From IMG/VR virus record IMGVR_UViG_3300010233_001188, positions 1-64,000 of that record: 64,000 bases of DNA; one strand, given 5' to 3'. Under the pieces are notes generated by a model. That model was given only the letters and a program-made list of their open reading frames with translations, was not told the origin of the DNA and ran no database searches. Shown here one piece after another: positions 46,564-56,304 of this stretch. Positions within the stretch are counted from its first letter, which is position 1. The number at the start of each line of letters is the position of its first letter. The position numbers and the translations under genes were made by a program. The stretch is from a virus.

Positions 46564-46971
46564 TTAAGCAGCCGACCTCATGATTTCGGCAAGCGGCACA
46601 TCCTTGGGCCGATAGACGCAACAATGGTAGTAGTCATTCAAAGCAGGCTTCTCAGGCACAGCTAAGGAATTAATTTCAATAAGCTCGTAACCAGGGAGCA
46701 AGCCTTCGTAGAACTCTTGCGGCTGCATCTTGCCTACGACATAAACGCCCGGCCATGCAATATCATTGTCCACCAGGACATCGAAATAATGACCATCCTT
46801 GGTGGTATACTGGATCATGCGCTCGCCAAACTCATTGTTTGGCATAGGCTGTAAGCCACTCACTGACACATGCTGTAAAAGGCGTTGTGCGGAGAGAAGC
46901 GCGTTAACGAGTTCTTGATTATAATTCATAGCGTCAAAAAGGTCTGTGGCGTCTCGGATGATCATCATCAA
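46564..46971 (-). CDS. Hypothetical protein
   Basis: Co-directional ORF in head module. Confidence 0.55.
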   Translation of the reverse strand: MMMIIRDATDLFDAMNYNQELVNALLSAQRLLQHVSVSGLQPMPNNEFGERMIQYTTKDGHYFDVLVDNDIAWPGVYVVGKMQPQEFYEGLLPGYELIEINSLAVPEKPALNDYYHCCVYRPKDVPLAEIMRSAA

Positions 46972-47049
46972 CAGGAGGCTTCATTAAGCCGAGCGTCAAT
47001 CCGGTAATGGAAACAGAAAGCAGCACAAGGCATAAAGCATCGAACCACA

Positions 47050-47481
47050 TCAGCTGATCTTCTTTATGTCTGAGATGTATACTTGAGCATAGCCCATATC
47101 TTTGTAATGAGCCGAAGCCTTGTTAGTGGCCTCAATAGAGGATGCAGCTTCTACTTCAAACTCAAACTGGCGATCATCAACGTGACAGGTAAGCTTGAAC
47201 TTAGTCTTGGTATCGCCGTCATTGTATTGAGCATCTTGCGCTGCCGTCTTTGCGCCTTTCTTGGCATCTTCGATTTCTTGATCTAACGCCAAAACATTAG
47301 CCTCAAGACGGCGGACTGTGCTCATGTAACCGGACGAGCGCGCTTCCTGAATCTTTTCCCGAAGCTCGCCCGCTTCTTGCTCAAGCCTGGATACAGTAGA
47401 GTCCTGAGCGATACGCCATTCATTATCCTTGGCGCGATGAATGAGGATGGATGCTAAATCGCCATTAGGATTGAACGGCAT
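47050..47481 (-). CDS. Hypothetical head protein with AKD/AQD motifs
   Basis: RAKD, IAQD, LALD, AAQD; coiled coil. Confidence 0.65.
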   Translation of the reverse strand: MPFNPNGDLASILIHRAKDNEWRIAQDSTVSRLEQEAGELREKIQEARSSGYMSTVRRLEANVLALDQEIEDAKKGAKTAAQDAQYNDGDTKTKFKLTCHVDDRQFEFEVEAASSIEATNKASAHYKDMGYAQVYISDIKKIS

Positions 47482-47486
47482 TGACT

Positions 47487-47711
47487 TTAATTTCCTTTAG
47501 CCGGACTAGAGGTATATGTCACGAATACCTTATTCGTGTCTTCTACCATTTTACCGCGTAAGAACTCAACCCGCTTTATTTCACCATCCGGGTAGAAATC
47601 CATAGCGGCAATCTCTGGACACGAGCCACCGTGCATCAAACCGCACCAGATGCACGAATCATCATGCTCATGCTCTAAATCCGGCTCGATTACCCGATCA
47701 ATCAACTTCAT
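47487..47711 (-). CDS. Small Cys/His protein
   Basis: C.WCG..H...CP; ATGA-coupled to portal. Confidence 0.6.
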   Translation of the reverse strand: MKLIDRVIEPDLEHEHDDSCIWCGLMHGGSCPEIAAMDFYPDGEIKRVEFLRGKMVEDTNKVFVTYTSSPAKGN

Positions 47712-49297
47712 GCCGCTTCTTCTACCTCTGTATCAGGTTCGCCATCTTCCGGCTCGCCAATCTCACTACCTCTAGATACTATACCGGGAGTGTTCGGCTC
47801 GTCATTCTCAACTTGACCTTGTAGATCAGCATCATCTAAAGGTTCGGCCACATCCAAGCCCTGATACTTAGTGCTAGGATCGGACGCCAAGGTTTGCCGC
47901 TCTTCATCAGGGCTAATAACACCAGCCTGAATAAGTGTGGACGCGGAATTGGCATCCATTTGCCTAATCTCGGCTGCTTCCTTATCGCTCATGGACCAAA
48001 GCGGCTCATACGTAAACACAATATCAGGATCAACTTCATCCCATATCGAAAGCATAATGAAGTGGATTACCGTAGTAAGCTGCTTAGTCCACAACACTTG
48101 CTGGTAAGCATGTATCCAATCGTAGAAGACTCGTATTTCTTCTTCTGATGTGGAGTTTAGACCGGATGGGCTGATGCCCGTGTACTTCACTAGCGGTATC
48201 CCGGACACAACGCAACACTGCTCTAATGCTTGGGCCTGTAAGTGATCTAAGCCACCAATGGATGCCGATACATTGGCAAAATCTTCTGAATCCTTATTCA
48301 GAACCATCATTCCGCGATTGTCACGGAAATTATTAAACAACTCGATGCGGTTTATCAGTTCTACATTGCCAGTCTGAAGCAATGCCTGAAGATCAGTCTT
48401 TAGAACAAATACGCTGAAGCTATGGATAAGATCGGAAACCGATTGCCGGGTTCTAATCCAATTATCTACATACGGTTCAGCCATCTGAGTAAGCGACAAA
48501 CCGCCAAACGAATAAGCGGGCTTGAGTAAGTCTGGAACTTCCCGGCCAATAAACGTAAGCAACCGTGATGCGTGTAGCCGCTTACCCTGTACAAACCATT
48601 CTTGCGGTTTGTACCAGTCAGGTAAGAGCGGATCGTTAGCGTTGTAAAAGCTAGGGTAACACCACATAGCTTCTACAGTTTGTAACCGCTTTAAAGGATG
48701 CTCTTTACTGCACTTGGCTTTTGATAAGTCATTACGGCCATCACCAATCGGTTTCTGTAATTCATCCCGATCATGCGACGTGCCTAAATCCAGATAGAGA
48801 TGTGAGCGGCCAAACTCGCCATCCTGTAAAGCCAGCTCTTGAAACTTACCGCGAACATCATACGACTCTATCGCATCTTCTAATTCTGTGATTCTATCGG
48901 ACTTATCCCCATCCGTAGACTTGGATTCAAACTTGATCCACTTACGCGCCATCTCTGTCGAAATGATTTCAGAGATGCGACGAAATTCTGGCCGTTGCGC
49001 TTGGGCCGCGAGCGCCTGAAATCCCGGCCAATATGTGCCATACATCAAGCCGAAGGGTGCATATGCTTCAGCCCCGCCTTCAAACCCAGCCTCATCCATT
49101 GCTAAGGTTGGTCGTTTCCAATCCTTAGGGACAACTCCTGGGAATGGTTCAGCGGGCTTAAACATCCGCGCAAAATCAATGGCAGATGCATTAGGCTTGT
49201 GACGAGATAACTCTAATAGCTCTAACGGGATCTTCATCGGCTTTTTTTCAGCCGACTTTACATCCTTAGCTATATCAGCCCGCTTAACTCGTGGCAT
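47708..49297 (-). CDS. Portal protein (DUF1073-like)
   Basis: Follows terminase; YNA.DPL.PD.YKP..W, HASRLL, LKPAYSFGGLS, IPLVK..GISPSGLN. Confidence 0.9.
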   Translation of the reverse strand: MPRVKRADIAKDVKSAEKKPMKIPLELLELSRHKPNASAIDFARMFKPAEPFPGVVPKDWKRPTLAMDEAGFEGGAEAYAPFGLMYGTYWPGFQALAAQAQRPEFRRISEIISTEMARKWIKFESKSTDGDKSDRITELEDAIESYDVRGKFQELALQDGEFGRSHLYLDLGTSHDRDELQKPIGDGRNDLSKAKCSKEHPLKRLQTVEAMWCYPSFYNANDPLLPDWYKPQEWFVQGKRLHASRLLTFIGREVPDLLKPAYSFGGLSLTQMAEPYVDNWIRTRQSVSDLIHSFSVFVLKTDLQALLQTGNVELINRIELFNNFRDNRGMMVLNKDSEDFANVSASIGGLDHLQAQALEQCCVVSGIPLVKYTGISPSGLNSTSEEEIRVFYDWIHAYQQVLWTKQLTTVIHFIMLSIWDEVDPDIVFTYEPLWSMSDKEAAEIRQMDANSASTLIQAGVISPDEERQTLASDPSTKYQGLDVAEPLDDADLQGQVENDEPNTPGIVSRGSEIGEPEDGEPDTEVEEAA

Positions 49298-50574
49298 CAG
49301 CGGAAACGAGGACTCCGGTACAATTCAACATGACTGCGCTTATACACATCAGCATGACTACTTGAACCTAGATTCCTTGATGCCTCAATAATGGCAGGGC
49401 TAATTCGTGTGATGGTTGATTTTCTCAGCTCAAAAATACTATAGCGTATCGCATCCACCACATGGTTATTCTTATCTTCTAGGATGGCCAGCACTTCGCC
49501 GGTCATCTTATCAGTCTTGAAGCTATAGGTCGCCAATTCGTCAATCGTATGTGTGCATCTAGGATGCACCACAATATCATAAGACTTCAGGAACTCGATA
49601 CCGTCTTCAACCGAACCAGCACCTTTCTTGGAAGGCTTTATCATTGGGAAGCCATTACGCTTCATATAATCGATTGTCTCAGGCCGAGCGCAATCCGCCG
49701 TGATGGTCCACTTATTCGACTGAGGTACTTCCCGGAACAGATTAGGCGTAGATTCAATCGTACACCCCACCTTGTAAGCCTCGTAGTCAATGTAAAGCTT
49801 ACGATCCAGGATAAAGCATCTAACTAAGACCGTAGGATCAACTGAATAGCCCCAATCCGCGCCGTAATAGAAATGAGCATTGGCTGGGGTAACAAACTCT
49901 TCGATTTTCCAATTATGGAATACACGGGCTTCTGATCTACGCTGGTATCCGCCTAGCCATACATGCGCGTACTTATCAGGATCACGCCGTTTGTCCCATT
50001 CTAAGTCTTTCTTTAAGACTTCGGGGAAGAACGGGTTATCATACCAATGGATTTCTCTGACAATAGAGCTAGGCGGCGGCTCACCGCCTCGGAACATATT
50101 GTCTACGGGATCTTTAGGTGATCTTGGATTCCAAGAAAACCATAGTTCTGAATCAGGCTTACGAATAGTGGGTATTAAAGTTTGTAGGCTTATCTGACTA
50201 ACTGCGTTTGCCTCATCTACCCAGGCAATATCGACGCCTTCCATGGATCGGACTGCATCAGATGACATTTGCCTCAAGCCTGCAAACAGAAAAAGCGACC
50301 CGTTAGGGCCTCTTATCTCTTGATCGGTGGACTCAAAGAAATTATCCCATTCCAATTCCTTGATCTTATCGTCAAGCAATCGCTTGGATGAATCACGGAT
50401 GGAATGCTGTACTTCACGAGCGCAAAGAATACGCTTTGGGCCGCGTCTTGCCAGGATCAGTAATGCTTTAGCGAATGAATGAGACTTAGCCGAACCACGG
50501 CCACCATGGGCGGCTTTATATCGGCTAGGTGTAAATAGGAACTTGAACGCGGATGGTAATTGAGTAGTGGTCAA
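49297..50574 (-). CDS. terL: Terminase large subunit (PBSX-like)
   Basis: HGGRGSAKS Walker A, WVDEA Walker B, PTIRK, GADWGYSVDPT, NHVVDAIRY. Confidence 0.95.
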   Translation of the reverse strand: MTTTQLPSAFKFLFTPSRYKAAHGGRGSAKSHSFAKALLILARRGPKRILCAREVQHSIRDSSKRLLDDKIKELEWDNFFESTDQEIRGPNGSLFLFAGLRQMSSDAVRSMEGVDIAWVDEANAVSQISLQTLIPTIRKPDSELWFSWNPRSPKDPVDNMFRGGEPPPSSIVREIHWYDNPFFPEVLKKDLEWDKRRDPDKYAHVWLGGYQRRSEARVFHNWKIEEFVTPANAHFYYGADWGYSVDPTVLVRCFILDRKLYIDYEAYKVGCTIESTPNLFREVPQSNKWTITADCARPETIDYMKRNGFPMIKPSKKGAGSVEDGIEFLKSYDIVVHPRCTHTIDELATYSFKTDKMTGEVLAILEDKNNHVVDAIRYSIFELRKSTITRISPAIIEASRNLGSSSHADVYKRSHVELYRSPRFR

Positions 50575-50580
50575 AAGCTA

Positions 50581-50976
50581 CTACTCTTCCGTTTCTTCCC
50601 TATCACCATCAACAAAGATAATCTTCAGCGTTCCGTCTAGCGGGATAGGCCCACCATTGGGGCCGGTATGCTGGATAGACGCAAAGCGTGCGTGCATGAA
50701 AGGCATCAACTTGTCGCCCTCATCGGCAGCAGCTAGGGCATACTTCTCATTGGTAATGTTACCGGTCTTATCCGTAGCCTTGGTCCAGAAATGCCGCATA
50801 AGCCTTAATTTTAGCTCTAGGGGCGTAATTCCCTCTTTGGCGGCGTCCTCTGCTATCTTACGGCTTAAAACGTTTAAGGAGCCTTTAGGGCGGCCTACCT
50901 TACGGGTGTAAGTCTTCTTCTTACTAGTAGGAAGAACGGTTTTAGTCGAAAGGTTATCAGTTCTTGAAACACGCAT
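50581..50976 (-). CDS. terS: Terminase small subunit
   Basis: GRPKGSLN, ITPLE, PFMHAR, HTGPNGGPI; directly upstream of terL. Confidence 0.8.
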   Translation of the reverse strand: MRVSRTDNLSTKTVLPTSKKKTYTRKVGRPKGSLNVLSRKIAEDAAKEGITPLELKLRLMRHFWTKATDKTGNITNEKYALAAADEGDKLMPFMHARFASIQHTGPNGGPIPLDGTLKIIFVDGDREETEE

Positions 50977-51088
50977 TCAAAGATTAGGTTTTCTAATGCA
51001 TCCTGTAACGAGTTATGATTTGGCGTGAAGCTACCGCAGCCAAGGGATGACCCTTGATCGCCAATCTTAAAGCCCACATACACAGGCT

Positions 51089-51613
51089 TTAGACGGCTAC
51101 GGCTAGGCACTCTCTGCTAAGCTTGACGGGTCTTTCAACACCCAAGCATTGCAGCAACACTTCAACCCGCGATCCCTTATCCGCCTTTACGCGAACCGAT
51201 TGATCACGAAACGGCCCAAACAATATCTGGACCAAAGTTCCTGGCTCCAAATACTTTGGCCGTGTTAAACCCATTGGCACTACGCCGCCATGCTCGGCAA
51301 CGTGATGCCGTAAATCCATCATATCTTGAGGACGAACGATTGGCGGCTTTGCCGAGCCATACTGCCATCCAATGATTTGATTGATACCGCGAGTGGATGC
51401 TACCGGCTGCCAACGCTGCGTCTCGAAATCGCATCCAATGAAAATATAGGTTGTGAACAAAGGGCGTAGCTTGGATGTAATTACCCCATCCTTGCGTTTG
51501 CGTTCGACACGCGCTTGCGGCATGTAGGTTTGAAACCCCTGCCGCTGTAATTCGAGCGAAGCTTGTTGCTCCTGCTGAAAATGTGTGCGAGCTACGAACC
51601 ATTCAGTCTGCAA
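51089..51613 (-). CDS. NusG/RfaH-family transcription antiterminator
   Basis: NGN domain (WFVART...E......L..QGF..YMP...PLF..YIFI) and KOW motif (GTLVQILFGPF). Confidence 0.88.
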   Translation of the reverse strand: MQTEWFVARTHFQQEQQASLELQRQGFQTYMPQARVERKRKDGVITSKLRPLFTTYIFIGCDFETQRWQPVASTRGINQIIGWQYGSAKPPIVRPQDMMDLRHHVAEHGGVVPMGLTRPKYLEPGTLVQILFGPFRDQSVRVKADKGSRVEVLLQCLGVERPVKLSRECLAVAV

Positions 51614-52042
51614 ACTTGCCCCAATAAGATCATCAACGAATGATGAAGCTTATAAAGCAAATTGAAGTAACATGCAAGACATTTTTAGAGTAGTTCTAAA
51701 GTACACGAGTTTGATGGCGGTCCTGGGCTGAATCGAACAGCCATTCTGAAATTCGGAGTTTCTCGCTCTATCCATTAAGCTACAGGACCAAAGAGCCAAG
51801 TTCGAAAAAGCCGCCACACGGCTCGCAGAAAATGTCTGGCTGGTGGACTTTCAAGCGTCTCCGGCGGCTCTGGCTGTTTTAGTGATGATGGCTGAGAGAC
51901 ATGCCATTGTTTATAAAATTCTGCCATTTGCCGATGCGCCTCAATGGCTTCCGGGCGGGTTTGATCCCAAAACCATCTGGGTCCGTAGTGCATAGACTCA
52001 ATATCTTCTTCGGTAAGTTCTTTTTTCTCAGGGTTATCACTC

Positions 52043-52378
52043 ATGCCTATTCCAGTCCGTTTCACTAATGAAGACGCCGCCCGTAAACACCTTGAAGGCA
52101 AGCTTTGGCCTGACGGCCCGGTTTGCCCGTCCTGTGGCGTCATAAACGATGCTTGCCGCATTACGACCAGGAAAGGTCTTTGGTTCTGTAATTCCTGCCG
52201 CAAGCAATTCACCGTCACAGTTGGGACCGTCATGGAGCGTAGCCATATTCCTATATATACTTGGCTCTACGCGACCCATCTTCTCTGCTCGTCCAAAAAA
52301 GGCATCTCTAGCCACCAGCTAAGCCGCATGTTGAGGTTTTTGCCGTATCAAACGTGCTTTCAAAGCCAGCACAACTAA
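52043..52378 (+). mobile_element. Truncated IS1595-family transposase (zinc-ribbon N-terminus only)
   Basis: F..EDAAR..LE...WPDGPVCP.CG...C..CRKQFTVTVGTVME.SHIP...W......SKKGISSHQL; breaks off before the DDE domain. Confidence 0.88.
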
Positions 52379-52437
52379 CCGGTATGTTGGCGCAAACGCC
52401 ACAAGAAGTGAATCCCATTCGCCCCTAAATTCGGCGC

Positions 52438-53307
52438 ATGGGCGAACCGATTGCAGTTTTGGCGCTTCGCCGGAAGCGCGACGAAATCTCCGGCGTGATC
52501 GCACATTATGAACGGCTGATCCGCGAGGCGGAACACGATCTGGCGCACGTCAACGCCTCGCTACGGCTCTTTGAGGCCACGGGCGAGGCTGGCGACCTAC
52601 CTCCCTATGTTGACCTGAATCGCGTCCTACGGCGCGGGGAGACGACCAAGATTTGCATGGAGGCGCTTGCGACCGAAGGGCCCCTCGACACCCGCCAGCT
52701 TGCCATGCGGGTGATTCGGGCCAAAGGGCTGAGCGAGTCCGACAAGGTGCTGGCTCAGACCGTGGCGCTCCGGGTGGTACAAACGCTCAGGATGCGGGCG
52801 CGGCGGTTACTCCAAATCCACTTCACTTCGTCGGAGATCGTTATGGCCATTGCTGAAGGAATTGCGGCCCTCAAATCTCTCAAATCGCTTTACGAGATTG
52901 CGAAAGAGGTCCGAAGCTCCAACGATCCTGAAGAGGTGCGTTTGGCGGCGGCACAAATGTTTGATCTTGCTTTGGTGGCGCGGGAGCAAACAGCTGCGCT
53001 CCAAGAGGAGCGTAATGCGGCGGTGATAGAACTCGCCGCGCTCAAAGCAGAAATCGAACAGGCGAATCGCTTTGATGAGGAGGCTAAAGGTTACGCCCGC
53101 GAGCGCAACGGAACCGGGGCGTTTGTATATCGCGAGAAGGCACCGTCCGGCGGTCAGGGACGCTCGCCCTATTTTTGCCCACACTGTTTTAGCAATCGCA
53201 AGCTTGCAATGCTCCAACCAGCACCGGGGGCACATACCCATTTGGGAACACACAATTTCATGTGCCCGTTGTGCAAAACCACAATGCCGTTGACGAGCTT
53301 GTCGTGA
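52438..53307 (+). CDS. Apparent fusion of two passenger hypothetical proteins (GC-rich)
   Basis: Internal GGAG+ATG (MAIAEG...); C-terminal half has CPHC...CPLC. Confidence 0.55.
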   Translation: MGEPIAVLALRRKRDEISGVIAHYERLIREAEHDLAHVNASLRLFEATGEAGDLPPYVDLNRVLRRGETTKICMEALATEGPLDTRQLAMRVIRAKGLSESDKVLAQTVALRVVQTLRMRARRLLQIHFTSSEIVMAIAEGIAALKSLKSLYEIAKEVRSSNDPEEVRLAAAQMFDLALVAREQTAALQEERNAAVIELAALKAEIEQANRFDEEAKGYARERNGTGAFVYREKAPSGGQGRSPYFCPHCFSNRKLAMLQPAPGAHTHLGTHNFMCPLCKTTMPLTSLS

Positions 53308-53791
53308 TTTACTCATTTGAACCCTCACATGGGGGTTCGACGGGCTTGGTGCTTGCAGTGGTTGCGCGACAATCTCGGTGTTTGGGGCCGGTTTGTGGCT
53401 CATGCGCCAACAGACCGCAACTAACGCCGCCGCTCCCTTACAATCCCTAGGATAAACGTGAGCATCTACTTCTCGGGTAAGTAGCTCTGCCATGGCGTCA
53501 AGAAGTTCCTCTGATAAATCATCTTCGCCTGGAATCGAGGCCCTGCATGTCAACGCATCAAAAAATTCGCCTGTTTTCTTATGACCACTCATTTGCGTGC
53601 CTCAAGTATACTATCGCCAATCCACATCACGGGCAAGAAATTCTACATACGAACGCCAAGCCCAATACCGCTACCACAAACCCAATCATAGACATGTCCA
53701 TTTGACTTAACTCCCGTTGAATGATGTGACTAGATACAACGAAAGCAGACTATGATGCAAGTCATTAAGAAATGGTTGTGATTACGCAGCA

Positions 53792-54133
53792 TCAAGCCTT
53801 TTCCTTCAACGCCTTAATGTTCTCAGGCAGACACATCTTTTGAAAAATAGATATGTCGTATTTCTTTTCCTGTAGCGGGCGGAATCTGTCGGCTCTGAAA
53901 CCCATATCTTCCGGGCCCCGCACAATCTCTACCACCCTAATGTTTACATCAGGATAGGGATGAACCGACGCTGGATGTCTATATAGGTAAACCTCCCGGA
54001 TCGTATAAATCTTACCCTCTTCCAACCCATCCAATGTATTGCAGACAAGACGTTGTGTAATAGCTTCGATCATATCCGGAAAATCCCCCGTGTAGACGCA
54101 AACTACCTTCTGCCCCACATAAAACGTATTCAT
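53792..54133 (-). CDS. Hypothetical protein (F.VGQKVVC family)
   Basis: FYVGQKVVCV, GKIYTIR, F.ADRFRPL. Confidence 0.7.
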   Translation of the reverse strand: MNTFYVGQKVVCVYTGDFPDMIEAITQRLVCNTLDGLEEGKIYTIREVYLYRHPASVHPYPDVNIRVVEIVRGPEDMGFRADRFRPLQEKKYDISIFQKMCLPENIKALKEKA

Positions 54134-54519
54134 ATCCCATCCCTCTGCTCTAAGATGTACTCAGCCATGGAATCCTTTACCAGAATAGGTGATGAGGGCC
54201 ACTCGCCTACGATTCGAGGAACACACTGCCTAACAAGCCTATGGCATTCATTCAGATCCTTGGTGTAGATATTTAATTTTATGAGGTCCGGATCATATAC
54301 AGATGACAGCAGTGACACACACCTCTCCTCATAGTTAAACAGCATCACTTCAAACTTATCTAAGGCGCGGATCGAAACTGATACATGCCGTACACTGATT
54401 ACTTTCCACCTTAAATGCTGTATATCCGCTAGGCTTATTACTCCCTTTTCCACCGTGACCCATACGAGCGGTGCCAATTGGAATATATCATCCTGGTTAA
54501 ATCTCGAATTAGGATTCAT
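54130..54519 (-). CDS. Hypothetical protein with EYILEQRD tag
   Basis: Ends SMAEYILEQRDGI; ATGA coupling. Confidence 0.75.
   Translation of the reverse strand: MNPNSRFNQDDIFQLAPLVWVTVEKGVISLADIQHLRWKVISVRHVSVSIRALDKFEVMLFNYEERCVSLLSSVYDPDLIKLNIYTKDLNECHRLVRQCVPRIVGEWPSSPILVKDSMAEYILEQRDGI
54136..54168. repeat. 33-bp exact direct repeat (other copy at 55422-55454) encoding MAEYILEQRDG
   Basis: cccatccctctgctctaagatgtactcagccat at both sites. Confidence 0.95.
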
Positions 54520-54740
54520 GAACGGTTCTCTATGATGTATTCCGTCATGCTTATCTCAGGCAAGGATGCTATCGGACCGGCTTGCTTGCATGGAACTATT
54601 ATTTTCCAAGACTGTCCATTGAAATGTATTTCAACCGTATCACCACTATCTAGCATCATGTTGCTGCAATCAAGCGGAACAATCTGTCCGTCAGGGGTTA
54701 TAATCTCTACAACTCGATCAGGTGATACTGTCACGTTCAT
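54516..54740 (-). CDS. Hypothetical protein with tag variant
   Basis: Ends SMTEYIIENRS. Confidence 0.7.
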   Translation of the reverse strand: MNVTVSPDRVVEIITPDGQIVPLDCSNMMLDSGDTVEIHFNGQSWKIIVPCKQAGPIASLPEISMTEYIIENRS

Positions 54741-54994
54741 ACCACATCTCTTTCAGCTAATATGTATTCCGTTACATCTATTACGGAAAATGACTTCGTG
54801 AGCTTGAAACGAGTCATCAGGTACCAATCCCGTCTGCCTCTTAAAGCTACATGACCTAAGCTAACAGCGCCAACCTGATATACGTGGCCTTTCTTTATGT
54901 AAAGATTCGTTTCATCATTAATACATTCAACCCAATCTCCGACCTTGAAGGGATAATGCTCTGGTTCTACGGGATTGAAAGGATTAGTCTTCAT
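54737..54994 (-). CDS. Hypothetical SH3-like protein with tag variant
   Basis: FKVGDWVECI; ends DVTEYILAERDVV. Confidence 0.7.
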   Translation of the reverse strand: MKTNPFNPVEPEHYPFKVGDWVECINDETNLYIKKGHVYQVGAVSLGHVALRGRRDWYLMTRFKLTKSFSVIDVTEYILAERDVV

Positions 54995-55413
54995 ATCCCA
55001 TCTCGTGCGGCCAAAATGTAATCAGTCATGGACAGTGGTTCTGGTATAGGTGCTGAGCAAGGAAACTCTTTCCCAAATTCCCCATAAATCATCCTCTTAA
55101 CAACAGAATCAATCTTGGCCCTAACCTCATCTAAAGACGCAACAGTCATGTGAAGCTTCATTCGTGCAGAATTATGATCGTCTTTTGACGTAACCCGAAT
55201 GGCGGATACTTTCACACGATAATAGTCAAGACATGGTTTATGTATAATACCAGGATAACCCCTATATGAGATACTTTCCCAAGACACTTCATGCAGCAGC
55301 CAGTCAGTCGTAGCCAGATCGTCCATTGAGATAACACCATACTTGACTTCAACAGAAACATTATTCCACCCATCATCTACAAGAGTAACACCTGGCCCAC
55401 AAATCACATTCAT
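54991..55413 (-). CDS. Hypothetical protein with tag variant
   Basis: Ends SMTDYILAARDGI. Confidence 0.7.
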   Translation of the reverse strand: MNVICGPGVTLVDDGWNNVSVEVKYGVISMDDLATTDWLLHEVSWESISYRGYPGIIHKPCLDYYRVKVSAIRVTSKDDHNSARMKLHMTVASLDEVRAKIDSVVKRMIYGEFGKEFPCSAPIPEPLSMTDYILAARDGI

Positions 55414-56054
55414 CCTATGCCCCCATCCCTCTGCTCTAAGATGTACTCAGCCATATTGATGCCTTGACACGATACGGATTCACTATAAACCGTAGCCATT
55501 TGCGTTGGATTCGCAATCAATATATGGTGCCAAGTATAGACGTTATTATGCCGAGAGTTAAATCGTTCAAAACGCTTCTTGGATTTCTCGAACGCTGGAG
55601 CAAAGGCAACGTCTCCCATGCGAGTTACCGTATAATTCCTTATATCCTGCTCCGCCGCGTAAGTCTTGTTCACAGTCATTCGCTCTGCATCAAACCAGCA
55701 TTGAGTGATGCCTAAATCGAATCCTTTGACAAGCTCTACCCCAGAACTAGAAGCCTTATTGACTTTGAGTAAGATTATCTGAACCGTATGCCCATAAAGC
55801 TTCCCCTCCAAAACCTCCTTGACTTGGCTCATAGCACGATATTCTTCCGACACCTCCTTAGCCAAATTGTCAAAGCCTGCTGGGTGGGGCAAGCCAAAAT
55901 CCCAATCATCACCTGAAACAAATACATCAATGTCTTTCGGCTCAACCTTTAGGAAATAATCCCTAACGCATCCTCCAGCGATTGTAGTGTGCTTTGTCCA
56001 TGGCTCTAGCTCAGCCAATATCTTTAACCAAAGCTCTGGGCCGTTCTTCATCAA
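55410..56054 (-). CDS. Nucleotidyltransferase (CCA-adding / poly(A) polymerase head-like) with tag
   Basis: IAGGCVRD......KDIDVF, FDLGITQ; ends NMAEYILEQRDGGIG. Confidence 0.8.
   Translation of the reverse strand: MMKNGPELWLKILAELEPWTKHTTIAGGCVRDYFLKVEPKDIDVFVSGDDWDFGLPHPAGFDNLAKEVSEEYRAMSQVKEVLEGKLYGHTVQIILLKVNKASSSGVELVKGFDLGITQCWFDAERMTVNKTYAAEQDIRNYTVTRMGDVAFAPAFEKSKKRFERFNSRHNNVYTWHHILIANPTQMATVYSESVSCQGINMAEYILEQRDGGIG
55422..55454. repeat. 33-bp exact direct repeat (other copy at 54136-54168)
   Basis: Direct comparison. Confidence 0.95.
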
Positions 56055-56287
56055 TCAAATCTCATTTGAGGGGGCTTCGCAGTCCGCTTGGCCTCTTCCC
56101 GGCACTTCTTAGCAAACTCGGCAAATGGTGGTGGATCGGGGCAATCCTTATATAGCCGCATATACTCTAGCTGGATGCTTTTCAACTCTTCTACTCGCGT
56201 TGACCCAACTTGCGGGCTGAACGAACCATTTTCCATTTTCATATCAAACCGTCCCTCCTGGGCGGCTACAAGTCCAATCATCAGCAA
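56051..56287 (-). CDS. Small hypothetical protein
   Basis: Coupled to next gene; GGAGG RBS before internal ATG. Confidence 0.5.
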   Translation of the reverse strand: MLMIGLVAAQEGRFDMKMENGSFSPQVGSTRVEELKSIQLEYMRLYKDCPDPPPFAEFAKKCREEAKRTAKPPQMRFD

Positions 56288-56304
56288 ATTCGCGCCACGA
56301 CATC

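Noticed and set aside
47708-49297. Anti-CBASS Acb1 call sometimes attached to this family
   Set aside because: Size, motifs and position after terL fit a portal; no paired HxT phosphoesterase motifs seen
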